Shown here piece after piece: positions 39,470 to 49,055 of a stretch of DNA of 64,000 nucleotides. The translations under genes were made by a program, and so were the position numbers. The DNA is from an uncultured Gammaproteobacteria bacterium (GTDB lineage: Bacteria > Pseudomonadota > Gammaproteobacteria > Steroidobacterales > Rariloculaceae). The DNA is taken from assembly GCA_963742115.1 (NCBI GenBank), contig CAVUKQ010000015.1:265457-329456 (forward strand). The letters are read 5' to 3'. The notes below the pieces were generated by a model that searched no databases, was not told the origin of the DNA, and saw only the letters and a program-made list of their open reading frames with translations. Numbering within the stretch: position 1 is the stretch's first letter; every line of letters starts with the position of its first letter.

Positions 39470-40458
39470 CAGCGCTCCGCGGCCACGGTGAGCGGCCGAA
39501 CGTGCTCGAGCAGCAGCTGCAACAACGCACCGCTCATGAGGAACGTGCCGTGTCCGGCGTCGGGCACCATCGCGAGGAGCTTCCGGGGCGCTTCGATCTC
39601 GTCGAGATAATCGCGGACCTCGGGCGTGACGGTGAACATGTCGTGCTCCCCCTGAAAGAAAAACATCGGCACCAGAAAGCGGCGCCCGAGGCGGCGCGCG
39701 TCGAACGTGACGATGTCCGCGCGCAGCTTATCGTACGCCGCGACCGAGAGCGTGCGCGGGTCGCCGAGCGGAACGCCCCGTGCGATGTACGTCGCGTCCG
39801 CGGCCGGCGCCTGCAGCGCCGGCAGCACGGCGAGGAGCGCCGCCGTCTCGGCCGCCGTGAACGCGCCCGCGTGCTTCGACTTGACGGCGTCGGTCGCGGT
39901 GTCCGGATACGGCGGTGCGCCGATCTGCTCGAGCTCCGCGACCGCGGCCGCATTGCCGACGGCGCGCGAGTGCTCGAGGACCAATCGGTAGCTCGCGGCG
40001 TCTTGGCGCGCCCAGTCGACGATCTGACCGCTGCCCACGCAGGCGGACAGCAAATCGGGGCGCCGGCTCGCGATCGTGAGCGACAAGATGCTGCCGCCCG
40101 AAAAGCCGATGACCGCGACGCGCTGCTTGCCGAGGCGCGCGCACACGAGCTCGAGCACGGCGACGCCGTCGCGCACGAGCCGCTCGATCGTGAGCGGCCC
40201 GGTCGTCGCGTCGCCGTTCTTGCCTTGGGTCGCGCCGGCACCGGGCTGATCCCATTGCACGACCGTGAAGTGCTGCTCCCAGCTCGCATAGAGCGGCGTG
40301 AACATGCTGAAGGCGGCACCGGGCCCGCCCAGCATCAGCAGCACGGGATTCGTGCGATCCGCGCCGCGGATCGTGAGCCAGTGCTCGATCCCATGGATGT
40401 CGACGAAGGATCCTTCGTCGATCGAGCGCGCTTCGGTCGTTCGGGTGTCGTGACTCAT
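39469..40458 (-). CDS. Alpha/beta hydrolase (proline-iminopeptidase/epoxide-hydrolase-like)
   Basis: 329 aa. LMLGGPGAAF, nucleophile elbow GFSGGS, C-terminal DAGHG. Confidence 0.8.
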   Translation of the reverse strand: MSHDTRTTEARSIDEGSFVDIHGIEHWLTIRGADRTNPVLLMLGGPGAAFSMFTPLYASWEQHFTVVQWDQPGAGATQGKNGDATTGPLTIERLVRDGVAVLELVCARLGKQRVAVIGFSGGSILSLTIASRRPDLLSACVGSGQIVDWARQDAASYRLVLEHSRAVGNAAAVAELEQIGAPPYPDTATDAVKSKHAGAFTAAETAALLAVLPALQAPAADATYIARGVPLGDPRTLSVAAYDKLRADIVTFDARRLGRRFLVPMFFFQGEHDMFTVTPEVRDYLDEIEAPRKLLAMVPDAGHGTFLMSGALLQLLLEHVRPLTVAAER

Positions 40459-40627
40459 TACGATGTCCTCTTCGGTGGTGGGGCACCGAAAAAGAAAAGG
40501 GCCCTCGCGTTTTGCGCGAGAGCCCTCGACAACCGGTGCGGCAACGAACGTCGCCGGTCACCAAATATGGGCGAATGTTAAGCGCCCGTCGACAAGCGTG
40601 TCAAAGCGCGCGGGCGCGGACGTCCGA

Positions 40628-41452
40628 TCACTTTCCGGCGCGCTTCGCGTTGGCGCGGATCGCGGCCGACAGGAACGTCGTGAGGCCCGGGGCGCCATGC
40701 TTGTCGATGTTCTCCTGGAAGCGCTGATCCGTCTCGTACATGTCCGCGAGCCCGCAATGACTCGCACTGCTGCACGGATAGAACCAGCGGTCGATCGCCT
40801 GCCGATGGCGCTCCGCGATGTCCATCGCAGCCGGGTCGCTCGGAGCCTTGCCGGACTTCATCGCAGCAACCGCGTCCGCGTAGACCGCACCCTGCTCTTC
40901 CATGCATCGCTTCCAGTCCGCTTCCGTGTAGGCCTTCGCGCCCCGCGGGTCCGCGTCGCCCCAGCGCTGCTTCACCTCGGCCGCGTACTTGTCCGGATCG
41001 AATCCGTTGAAGATCTTCTTCATGTCCACCGTCGTGCCCTCTTGCTCGTTGAACGACTCGCCGCTGCGCGGCGCGTCGCAGACTTCCTCGATGATCGCGG
41101 CATCGTTCGCGCCATCGATGACTCCGACGGCGGCGTCGATTGCGCGAATCATCTCGGTCGTGTGCTGCGCGCGGCGCTCCAGCGCCGCGCGCTGCGTCAG
41201 CAATGCACTGCGCCGATCGAAGCTCGGGTCGTCGAGCGACCGGCGAATGTCCTCGAGGGACAGCCCGAGCTCGCGGCCGATCATGATCTGCTGCAGCCGC
41301 AACAAATCGTCGGCGTCGTAAACCCGGTAGCCGGCCGCCGTCCGGAAGCTCGGAGTCAGCAAGCCGATCGCGTCGTAGTGATGCAGCGCGCGAATCGACA
41401 GGCCGCTGAGCTCGGCGACTTCCTTCACCTGATAGTGACGTCGTGATTGCAT
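40628..41452 (-). CDS. MerR-family regulator with a TipAS-like C-terminal domain
   Basis: HTH YQVKEVAELSGLSIRALHHYDAIGLL...YRVYDADDLLRLQQI. C-terminal ...RHRQAIDRWFYPCS...LADMYETDQRFQENID. Confidence 0.8.
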   Translation of the reverse strand: MQSRRHYQVKEVAELSGLSIRALHHYDAIGLLTPSFRTAAGYRVYDADDLLRLQQIMIGRELGLSLEDIRRSLDDPSFDRRSALLTQRAALERRAQHTTEMIRAIDAAVGVIDGANDAAIIEEVCDAPRSGESFNEQEGTTVDMKKIFNGFDPDKYAAEVKQRWGDADPRGAKAYTEADWKRCMEEQGAVYADAVAAMKSGKAPSDPAAMDIAERHRQAIDRWFYPCSSASHCGLADMYETDQRFQENIDKHGAPGLTTFLSAAIRANAKRAGK

Positions 41453-41587
41453 TGCGGCGGACTCTAGGGCCTCACGTTGCGTGAGAGTCAAGGGCCGATG
41501 CCGGCACGAGCTTGCGCGAGCGCGCGGGCGAACGGCCCGTCGATTGTCGGGGAAAGTCGGAGACGGCTCAACGCGCGAGCGGCGCGG

Positions 41588-41803
41588 CTATTCGTCGGCC
41601 GTGGCCCAGGCTGTCTTCACGAAGACGTTGATCGCGCGCGCGACGGCAAGGTAGATCGCGACGAAGATCAAAGATTCGCCGATGCCGATGCCGTCGAACG
41701 CGCCCTGCACGCCGAGCGAGAACGTCGTGCCGACGCAGAAGCCGCCGAAGATGGCCCAGAAAGCTTTGTTTTGGGTAGGGGTCACGCGCGCGCACTTCAC
41801 CAT
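41588..41803 (-). CDS. Small membrane protein (71 aa), hypothetical
   Basis: Two hydrophobic segments (FWAIFGGFCVGTTFSLGV and LIFVAIYLAVARAINVFV). No family recognised. Confidence 0.4.
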   Translation of the reverse strand: MVKCARVTPTQNKAFWAIFGGFCVGTTFSLGVQGAFDGIGIGESLIFVAIYLAVARAINVFVKTAWATADE

Positions 41804-42024
41804 TCCGGAGCGGTCGCGTCAAACGACGTGGTTCTCATTTTGTCGATCGCCCCGCGGCCGGCATAGTAGCTTGGGTGCCGCGCCACACGGCCCCGCTACG
41901 ATTCGGCCGGTCCGGCCTGGCAAAATGCGCGACCCGCCTCCGCTGAAGTGCGGTGCGCTGCTGGTCGGGGCGTTCGTGGTCGACCTCCCGATGCAAATCG
42001 GGACGATGCGGTGAGGATTGCGCG

Positions 42025-42730
42025 TTACCCAGCCGCGTCGAGGAGGATCTGCACGAGGTCGTCGGGGCGGTCGAGCATCACGTCGTGGCCGCATGGAATC
42101 GTGAGCGTCTTCCAGCCCTTCGCGCTTGGCGAGCGCGTGAAACGGCGGGAACGGCGAATGGTCGTAGCCTGTCGCAAGCACGTGCGTGGCCTTCGCGGGT
42201 GCGATCGAGTGGCGTAGCACGAGCCGCTGCTGAAACGTCGCGAGCGACTGCGGTGTGCATTGCTCATTCATCCACGCACGGTCCGCGGCGTTCACGTTGA
42301 AGAACTCGGCCGTGATCGGGGGGACCTTCCAGCCGTCGCCGCTGTCGTTCGCCGACGCTACTTGAGCGTCGCGCACCTGCGGCGGCAGCGCGTCGTGCAG
42401 GCTTTGCCCGTTCTCGAGCACGAACGCGTCGAGATAGACGAGAGAGCGCAATCGCTCCGGCACGCTATCCGCGACGCCCGTGATCACGCAACCGCCGTAC
42501 GAATGACCGCACAGCACGACTTGGTGCAGCTCTTCCCAGCGGATCAGGTTCACTACGTCGGCGACGTGCGTGTCGAGATTCACGTCCGGAGACAACAGGT
42601 GCGAGCGCTCGCCCACACCCGTGAGCGTCGGTGTGAATACGTCGTGGCCACGCTGTTGCAAGGTCTTGCGGACCCGCTTCCAGCACCAGCTGCCGTGCCA
42701 GGCACCGTGCACGAGCACGAAAGTCGCCAT
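42025..42730 (-). CDS. Alpha/beta hydrolase (MES/SABP2-like esterase family), frameshifted in this sequence
   Basis: MATFVLVHGAWHGSWCW, nucleophile CGHSYGG. The break is at about 42117: ...FHALAKRE continues as GWKTLTIPCGHDVMLDRPDDLVQILLDAAG in ORF 42025..42267. The span is 706 nt, which is 3n+1. Confidence 0.8.
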
Positions 42731-42777
42731 CGAAGCCCCCCGAACGTCAGAAGCGAAAAATATATATCACGCGCCGC

Positions 42778-43320
42778 TCAGGCCGGCGCCGCGAGCCTTC
42801 GAACCTCGCCCTCGAGCACGGCGCCGTCGAGGGTCACGTAAAGTTGCCGATCCGTGACGGATAGCGCGAACGCCATGCGGCGTGTGAGCCGCGCGACGAG
42901 CTGCGCGAGCAGCGTGCGGTCGACCGCGTAGAGCTCGAGCTCGTCTGCCCGGTGGATGCGCTCACCGGCCCAGAGCGCGGCGACTTTGTCCGGATCCTTG
43001 TGCGTGTACAGCACGACGCGCGCAGCTGCCTTGCTCGCCTTGTGCAGCCGCGCGGCGTCCGGCGCGCCGATCTCGATCCAGACCTGAATGGTGCCGGTCA
43101 GGTCGCGCACGGCAAGCGCGGGCTCGTCCGGCGTCGACAGCCCGCTCGAGAACCCGATCCCTTCGCAGTACTCGAGGCAGTACGCGAGCACGCGGGTCAC
43201 CAGGAAATCCTCGGTCTCGGACGGGTGGCGCGCGACGCGCAGCGACAGATTCTCGTAGACGTTGCGATCGACGTCCGAGAGCTCGACGTCGAACGTATAG
43301 ACCGTCGCGGTCAGCGCCAC
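42778..43320 (-). CDS. yaeQ: YaeQ-family protein
   Basis: From the GTG at 43320: (M)ALTATVYTFDVELSDVDRNVYENLSLRVARHPSETEDFLVTRVLAYCLEY. It gives 180 aa, like E. coli YaeQ. As given, it is in frame with the upstream DUF4440-like region with no intervening stop. Confidence 0.75.
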   Translation of the reverse strand: MALTATVYTFDVELSDVDRNVYENLSLRVARHPSETEDFLVTRVLAYCLEYCEGIGFSSGLSTPDEPALAVRDLTGTIQVWIEIGAPDAARLHKASKAAARVVLYTHKDPDKVAALWAGERIHRADELELYAVDRTLLAQLVARLTRRMAFALSVTDRQLYVTLDGAVLEGEVRRLAAPA

Positions 43321-43758
43321 GGCGAAAGCCTTGGATCGCGCACAGTGCTCACTCGCACTGCCCCGCGCGTAGGCGACCGGCGGAGGTTGGCTCGTGGTCC
43401 AGATGTCGCGCCGCAGTTTCCAGGTGCCGCCGTCGTTCTTCCAGACGACGAGGTACTTGCCGCGATCGATCGTCTCGCCCGCGGGCGAGAGCAATGTGTA
43501 GCGGCCCGTCTCGACCGCGAGATCGCCGTGGGCTTCGACGTCGGCCGTCTCGAGCTTCACGTCGCGCAGACCCAATGTGATCACGCCTTTCCAGAATCTC
43601 GTGATCGCCTCCGTGCCGTGAACGAAATCGCTGTGCGGCGGGGCGAGCGTCGCGTCCGCGGTGTACGCATCCGCCATGGCGGCGGCGTCACCGCTCTTGA
43701 ACGCCGCCATGAACTTGCCGTTCGCGGCCGCGATGCGCTTGCGGATGTCGTCGGTCAT
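43321..43758 (-). CDS. DUF4440/SnoaL-like domain protein (no stop of its own as given)
   Basis: MTDDIRKRIAAANGKFMAAFKSGDAAAMADAYT...GKYLVVWKNDGGTWKLRRDIW. It reads through into yaeQ, forming the 326-aa track ORF. Confidence 0.6.
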
Positions 43759-43789
43759 TGCGTCTCTCCTGCTTTGCGCGTCGAAGCAT

Positions 43790-43864
43790 TGGTGCCGGTG
43801 GAGAGGATCGAACTCCCGACCTTCGGTTTACAAAACCGCTGCACTACCGCTGTGCTACACCGGC
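43790..43864 (-). tRNA. tRNA-Thr (anticodon UGU), CCA encoded
   Basis: The reverse complement GCCGGTGTAGCACAGCGGTAGTGCAGCGGTTTTGTAAACCGAAGGTCGGGAGTTCGATCCTCTCCACCGGCACCA folds as a cloverleaf with a 7-bp acceptor stem, anticodon loop TTTGTAA and T-loop TTCGATC. It is very similar to E. coli tRNA-Thr. Confidence 0.9.
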
Positions 43865-44040
43865 TCTCGACCAACGCTGGATGCGCGTTCGGACATGTTT
43901 GCGGGCGGCACGCCCGCTCCGAGCCTCGCTCGCGCCGCGCATTATAGCCCCAGGCCTCGCGCTAGATTTCGTCAGAATTCGACTCCGCCACGCCAGATTG
44001 CCCTTCGAGAATGGTCCCCGTTCCAGCAACGGGAGGCACC

Positions 44041-45474
44041 ATGGCCCTGCTCCAATCGCTTCAGACGTCCGTGATGGGCAAAGTCCTGTTCATCGGCGTT
44101 CTGATTCTTGCGCTGTTGATCCCGCTCGGGATGATCGAAGACCTCACCATCGAACGGGCGCACCGCGCCGAGGCCACTCGCGAGGAGATCGCGAGCACCT
44201 GGGGCGGGGCGCAAGTCATCGGCGGACCGATCCTCGTCGTACCGTTCCGCTTCACGCGGTTGTCCTACGCGCAACCGGTCACTGTCGAAGACGAGATCTA
44301 CCTCCTACCCGACGAGCTCGAGATCACGAGCGCCGCGGAGGTCACGACGCGCAAGCGCGGAATCTACGCGGTGCCGGTCTATACCGCGCAGGTTCGTATC
44401 AGCGGCCGTTTCGCGGCGCCGAGTACGCCCACGGACTACGACGATCTCGAGATCCTCTGGGACCAGGCCCAGATTTCGCTGCCGATCAGCGACGCACGCT
44501 CGATCAAGGAGCGGTGCGATTCACGATCGACGGCGCGAGCTAGCACTTTCCAACCCGGCGGCACGCGCGTAGCGGGCTTCGGCCCGCAGCTCGTGGCGCG
44601 GTATGCGGAGCTCGGCCGCGGCGCGCCTTCGGCGCCGCTGGCTTTTTCGCTCGACGTCAAGCTCGACGGGTCGCGCTCGCTCAGGTTCCTGCCGCTCGGG
44701 TCCGTTACGCGCGCGAGCATGACCTCGAACTGGCCGAGCCCGAGCTTCGGCGGCGCGTACCTTCCGGAGCGGGCGCCCGCCATCACGGGGAACGGGTTCA
44801 CGGCGTCGTGGCATGTGCTCGACGTCGGCAGAGGCTTCCCGTCGACGTGGAAGCGCTCGGCCCCGTTGCCGGGCTCGATCGAGGCGTCGTCGTTCGGCGT
44901 CGCGCTGATCACGCCGATCGGGGTTCACGAGGCGAGCCTGCGCGCCGTCAAGTACGGTGTGCTGCTGATCGGGCTGAGCTTTGCGGCCTATTTCCTGTTC
45001 GAGCTGTTCGTCGGGTTACGCCTGCACGCGCTCCAATATCTCTTGGTCGGGATCGCGAATTGCGTGTTCTATTTGTTGCTGCTCGCGCTCGCCGAGCAGA
45101 TCGGCTTCCTGCTCGCTTACCTCACGAGCGCCGTCGCCTCGGCCGCGTTGATCGGCCTATACAGCGCGGCCGTGCTGCGCTCGACGCTCCGCGCAGTTCC
45201 CGTCGGCGCACTGCTTGGCGTGATGTACGCGTACCTCTACGTGACGCTGCAGGCGGAAGACTACGCGCTCATGTTCGGCGCCGTTGGAACGTTCGCCGCG
45301 CTCGCTGCATTCATGTATCTCACGCGGCGCGTCGACTGGCACGCGCCGCGCATCGGGCCTCGCGAGCTCAGGCGCGACGAAGGTGCGGAACCGCAGGCGC
45401 AGCTGCACGCGTGCAGCGAAGGAGCCGGAACGAGGGAGCCGGCTCCTTCGCGTCAGAGCAAATTGCGAGCGTGA
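44041..45474 (+). CDS. creD: Cell envelope integrity inner-membrane protein CreD
   Basis: MALLQSLQTSVMGKVLFIGVLILALLIPLGMIEDL, SNWPSPSFGGAYLP, and C-terminal TM bundle YLLVGIANCVFYLLLLALAEQIGF, all parallel to E. coli CreD. Segment 44505-44545 reads more CreD-like in another frame (see findings). Confidence 0.8.
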   Translation: MALLQSLQTSVMGKVLFIGVLILALLIPLGMIEDLTIERAHRAEATREEIASTWGGAQVIGGPILVVPFRFTRLSYAQPVTVEDEIYLLPDELEITSAAEVTTRKRGIYAVPVYTAQVRISGRFAAPSTPTDYDDLEILWDQAQISLPISDARSIKERCDSRSTARASTFQPGGTRVAGFGPQLVARYAELGRGAPSAPLAFSLDVKLDGSRSLRFLPLGSVTRASMTSNWPSPSFGGAYLPERAPAITGNGFTASWHVLDVGRGFPSTWKRSAPLPGSIEASSFGVALITPIGVHEASLRAVKYGVLLIGLSFAAYFLFELFVGLRLHALQYLLVGIANCVFYLLLLALAEQIGFLLAYLTSAVASAALIGLYSAAVLRSTLRAVPVGALLGVMYAYLYVTLQAEDYALMFGAVGTFAALAAFMYLTRRVDWHAPRIGPRELRRDEGAEPQAQLHACSEGAGTREPAPSRQSKLRA

Positions 45475-45475
45475 A

Positions 45476-46240
45476 TCAGGGCTTGCGCGCGCGGATCAGG
45501 AACTGATCGGTGCGTCGCGCGACGGACGGATCGCGCACGCCTTTGGTGTGATCGTCGCCTGGATTCCTCAGAAGATCGGACTCGGCTTCGATCTTGAAGC
45601 CGGCCTTGGTGAGCACGTCCTTCGCCTGCAGGACCTGCATGCGGTGGAACTGCGCGTTGTCTTGGCCCGCGACGCCGACGTGGTCGATCACGCCGAATAC
45701 TCCGCCCGGCTTCAGCACGTCGTACACGCCCTTGCACATCGCGACCGCGGCCGCCTCGCCGCCCTGGCCGTTGTAGATGTCGTGCATGTTGAGCGCGGTG
45801 ACGACCACGTCCACCGTGCCGTTGATCTTCGCGTCCGCGAGCTCGCCATGGATCGGCGTCACGTTCTTGAGCCGGTCGTTGCGCGTCTTCTCGCCCTCGT
45901 CGAAGCCTGGACGAGTCGTGAAGAAGGTCGGGTTCTGGCCGTACACCTTGCCGGTGGGACCGACGGCTGCGGACAACACTTCCGTGAACCAACCGCCGAC
46001 CGCGATCAGGTCGACCACGGTCTGGCCGGTCTTGATGCCGATGAACTGGATCGTCTGGATCGGCTTACGCGCCGGGTCGCGCTCCTTATCGGCGAAAGGA
46101 CGATCCGGCGAGGTGAGGGCGGCGGTCATCCGCGTGGCCTGCTCGTCCCCCTGCGCGTTCACGATTCCGCCATACGCACCGCCGAGCACGCACAGCGCAA
46201 GCGTCCACGAGGTCTGTTTCGAGAATTTCATTTTCTCCAA
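45476..46240 (-). CDS. Secreted class I SAM-dependent methyltransferase
   Basis: Signal peptide KFSKQTSWTLALCVLGGAYGGIVNA. SAM motif VVDLIAVGGWFTEVL. LKPGGVFGVIDH. An alternative start is at 46231. Confidence 0.75.
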   Translation of the reverse strand: MEKMKFSKQTSWTLALCVLGGAYGGIVNAQGDEQATRMTAALTSPDRPFADKERDPARKPIQTIQFIGIKTGQTVVDLIAVGGWFTEVLSAAVGPTGKVYGQNPTFFTTRPGFDEGEKTRNDRLKNVTPIHGELADAKINGTVDVVVTALNMHDIYNGQGGEAAAVAMCKGVYDVLKPGGVFGVIDHVGVAGQDNAQFHRMQVLQAKDVLTKAGFKIEAESDLLRNPGDDHTKGVRDPSVARRTDQFLIRARKP

Positions 46241-46458
46241 CTCCTTGACGGTCTGGTGATGTGGGCGCGCACGTGCGTCTTCTGTTTTCGAGGCCGCGAG
46301 AACATAACCGAAACGGACAATCGCGCCAATGTGTCGCCGGCCGAGCGAACACCTAAGCTGCGGGCCCGGATGCGCGTGCGGGTGACCCCATCCTAGCGAC
46401 GCGGTTCGCCCGTAATCTCAAGAAAGCTGAACCCCAAGCCGCGCGCGCACCGCGACGG

Positions 46459-47275
46459 TCAAGCGCTCGGCGCCTCGCAGGCGCGCTGCTCGAGCCGAAT
46501 GATCCGGCCCGGCGTTTGGAGCGTGTCGAAGTCGAGCACCTGATCGCCGGTCAGCACGACGTCGACCCAGTACACGGTCGCGCGCCGCGTGCGATCGACG
46601 ACTTTCGGCTCGTAGCCGAGCCCGCGCACCTTTTCGCGTTGCTTGCTCACGCCGGCGATCTCGCTGAACACGCCGAGCGAGACGAGGTTGCCGCTGTCGC
46701 TGTTCGGGATGACGTAGGAGTCGGCGATGCCAGCGGTCCGGACCTTCTCGAGCACTTCGCTCGCTTCTTTCTCAGTCGCGAGCGCGTCGATGTAGACCCA
46801 ATAGCCGATCCAGATGTCGCCTTCGGCCACTCGCTGCGTCGGTTGATATCCGGCGCCGCGCAAATTCGCAGCCGCGGTCGCGGCCTGCGAGAGCTCGCGG
46901 AACGGACCGACGCTGCTGCAACGCGACGCGGGCTGCGCCCCATTCGCGGGGGCGGGCCGGCGCGGGCGACATCGTCGCGCCTGGCCGCTGCCGTGGCCGC
47001 GAGCTCGCGCGGTTCCTCGGCGGCACCCGGGCTGACAGCCGCTAGGCGCGGTCGCGGCTTGTCCCTCGCTCGAGGCGACGGTCACTCCGGGCGCCTCCGC
47101 AACGGCCGCGTGCGACCTGCGGATCGGCGTCACCGGTAGGCAGCTCTTTGACCAAGGTGATGCGGGGCAGATCGGAGTCGTCGGGACGAACGGGACGCGG
47201 CGAGTCCGAGAACCACACGTGCCAAGCCGCGAACGCGAGGTTGGCGAGCAGGAGCGCAAGGAAGATGTTACGCAT
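46459..47275 (-). CDS. SPOR-domain membrane-anchored protein, frameshifted in this sequence
   Basis: The N-terminal anchor MRNIFLALLLANLAFAAWHVWF is in ORF 47042..47275. The C-terminal SPOR domain (VGPFRELSQAATAAANLRGAGY...NLVSLGVFSEIAGVSKQREKV) is in ORF 46459..47379. There is at least one break between 47040 and 47140. The span is 817 nt, which is 3n+1. Confidence 0.7.
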
Positions 47276-48060
47276 TCGTCCCTTTCGGCTGTAAGCGTGC
47301 GCCCAACGGCGCGTCCGAGAACAATGCGAGCCCTTCGAGCACCAAGTCTGCTCTCAGTTCGACCTCGGTTTCCAGCCAACCGCGCAGCGCCGGCGCATCG
47401 CCGCCGGTGAGATACACCGTCGTGCGCTCGACGAGAGCGGTCTCCACCGCGTCCACCGCGCGATCGAGCGCCCCGGCGAGCGCGAGCATCGCGCCGTTGC
47501 CGACGGCCGCATCGGTGCTCTTCCCGAGCAGATCGAGGCCGCTCGGCGCAACCGCCGCCGCGAGCGTCGCGCCGATGTTACTCGTGTTGCGGTCGAGCGC
47601 GGCGGCGAGCAACTGCGGGCCCGGCATGATCAGTCCGCCGAGGTGCGTTCCGTGAGCATCGACCGCGTCGAACGTCGCGGCCGTGCCCGCGTCGATCACG
47701 CATGCCGCTCCGGCAGCCAAGTGATGCGCCGCGAGCACGGCGATCCAACGATCGATGCCGAGCCGCGACGGATCGTCGTACGCGCAGCGCACGCCGAATT
47801 GCTCCGCCCGCACGGAGACGAACTCCGGAACGACGCGCGACCGGATGCGCAGCAGCTCCGTGAGCTCGCGCGCGACGGCGTCGCCCGCGACGTTCGCGAC
47901 GATCGCACGCGACAGGTCCTTCGGAAGCGCGGCGGCCAGCGCCGCAAACGCGCGGTCCGTCGCAGTCGCGATGCACGGCGCTCCCGGGCTTCGAGAGACG
48001 GCCGTCTTCGACCTGCGCCCACTTGATCCGCGTGTTGCCGATGTCGATCACGACCTGCAT
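47268..48060 (-). CDS. coaX: Type III pantothenate kinase, frameshifted in this sequence
   Basis: MQVVIDIGNTRIKWAQVEDGRL... The break is at about 47981, then ...CAYDDPSRLGIDRWIAVLAAHH...VIDAGTAATFDAV...GGLIMPG...TGGDA. The span is 793 nt, which is 3n+1. Confidence 0.85.
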
Positions 48061-49049
48061 CACGACGCTCCGCACGCTCACGTCGCCGGAGACCACGCGC
48101 CGGCGCGCCCCGGTCGCGGTCTCGATCAGCAGCGCGCCGTCGGCCTCGATGCCGAGCGCAGTGCCGCTCACCGTGCCCGTCACATCCTCGAGCGTGACGC
48201 TGCGGCCTTTCAGGTAGTCGGCTGCGTGCCAGTCCGCGCAATACGGCGCGAACCCCGCCGCGGCGTACCCGGCGAACAGCTCCGCGAGGCCGTCGATCAA
48301 GCTCGCCGCGAGCGCGCCGCGCGCGCGGCGGAGCGCCGCTCGTCGCAGTCGCGAGATCGATCGCGCCGCGCGGCCAATCGCTGAGCGTGCGCAGCGATTC
48401 CGGAGGCAGGGACACGTTGATGCCGATGCCCGCCACGACGTAGCAGCCGCCCTGCGCCTCGGCCGTGAGCTCGAGCAAGATGCCGCCGAGCTTGCGCGCG
48501 TCGAGCACGAGGTCATTCGGCCACTTGAGGCCGACGTCGACGCCGGCCACGGCCGCGAGTGCGCGGCGCGCGACGACGCCCACCGCTAGCGTCAGGGCCG
48601 ACAGCTCCGGCGGCGTGTCCGCGAACTGCCAGCCGACCGAGAGGCAGAGCCCGCCGCCGAGCGGCGCGATCCAGCGGCGCCCGCGCCGACCGCGTCCCGC
48701 GTGCTGAAATTCGGCGAGGCACACCGCGAGCTCTCCCGCGGGCGGCGCCGGAAGACTCATTAAATGACGATTCGTGGAATCGAGCTCCGCGTACACGTCG
48801 AGCCGGGCGATTCGCTCGGCCGTGCGCGGCGCGAGCGCCGCACGCAGAGCCTGCGCGTCGAGGAGATCGATCGGGCGCGCCAAGCGGTAGCCGACTCCGG
48901 GGACGGCGCTAACCTCGAGGCCCCAATCGGCGAGCTTCGCGATGCTCTTCCACACGGCGGCGCGCGTCACGCCGAACGAACGCGCGAGCTCTTCTCCGGA
49001 GTGCGAGTCGACCGTCGGCCAGCGCGCGCAGCAGTGCGTCCGGGCTCAC
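48061..49049 (-). CDS. birA: Biotin--[acetyl-CoA-carboxylase] ligase / biotin operon repressor BirA, with at least 2 frameshifts in this sequence
   Basis: A GTG start gives VSPDALLRALADG. The first break is at about 49010, then DSHSGEELARSFGVTRAAVWKSIAKLADWGLEV (HTH), then GRGRRGRRW and KWPNDL. The second break is at about 48320, then ALAASLIDGLAELFAGY...GALLIETATGARRRVVSGDVSV. As given, the 3' end is in frame with coaX. Confidence 0.8.
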
Positions 49050-49055
49050 GCGCCG

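Noticed and set aside
41497-41512. Other TGGCAC/GGCAC-type hits: CGGCACGAGCTTGCGC at 41497, TGGCACGCGCCGCGCA at 45333, and several within coding regions.
   Set aside because: Either the -24/-12 spacing is off by one nucleotide, or the -12 element is poor, or the hit is inside a gene with no downstream target.
43758-44041. tRNA-Thr as a potential integration site for a genomic island.
   Set aside because: There is no integrase, no direct repeat of the tRNA 3' end, and no compositional shift on either side. The flanking genes (yaeQ, creD) are ordinary chromosomal genes.
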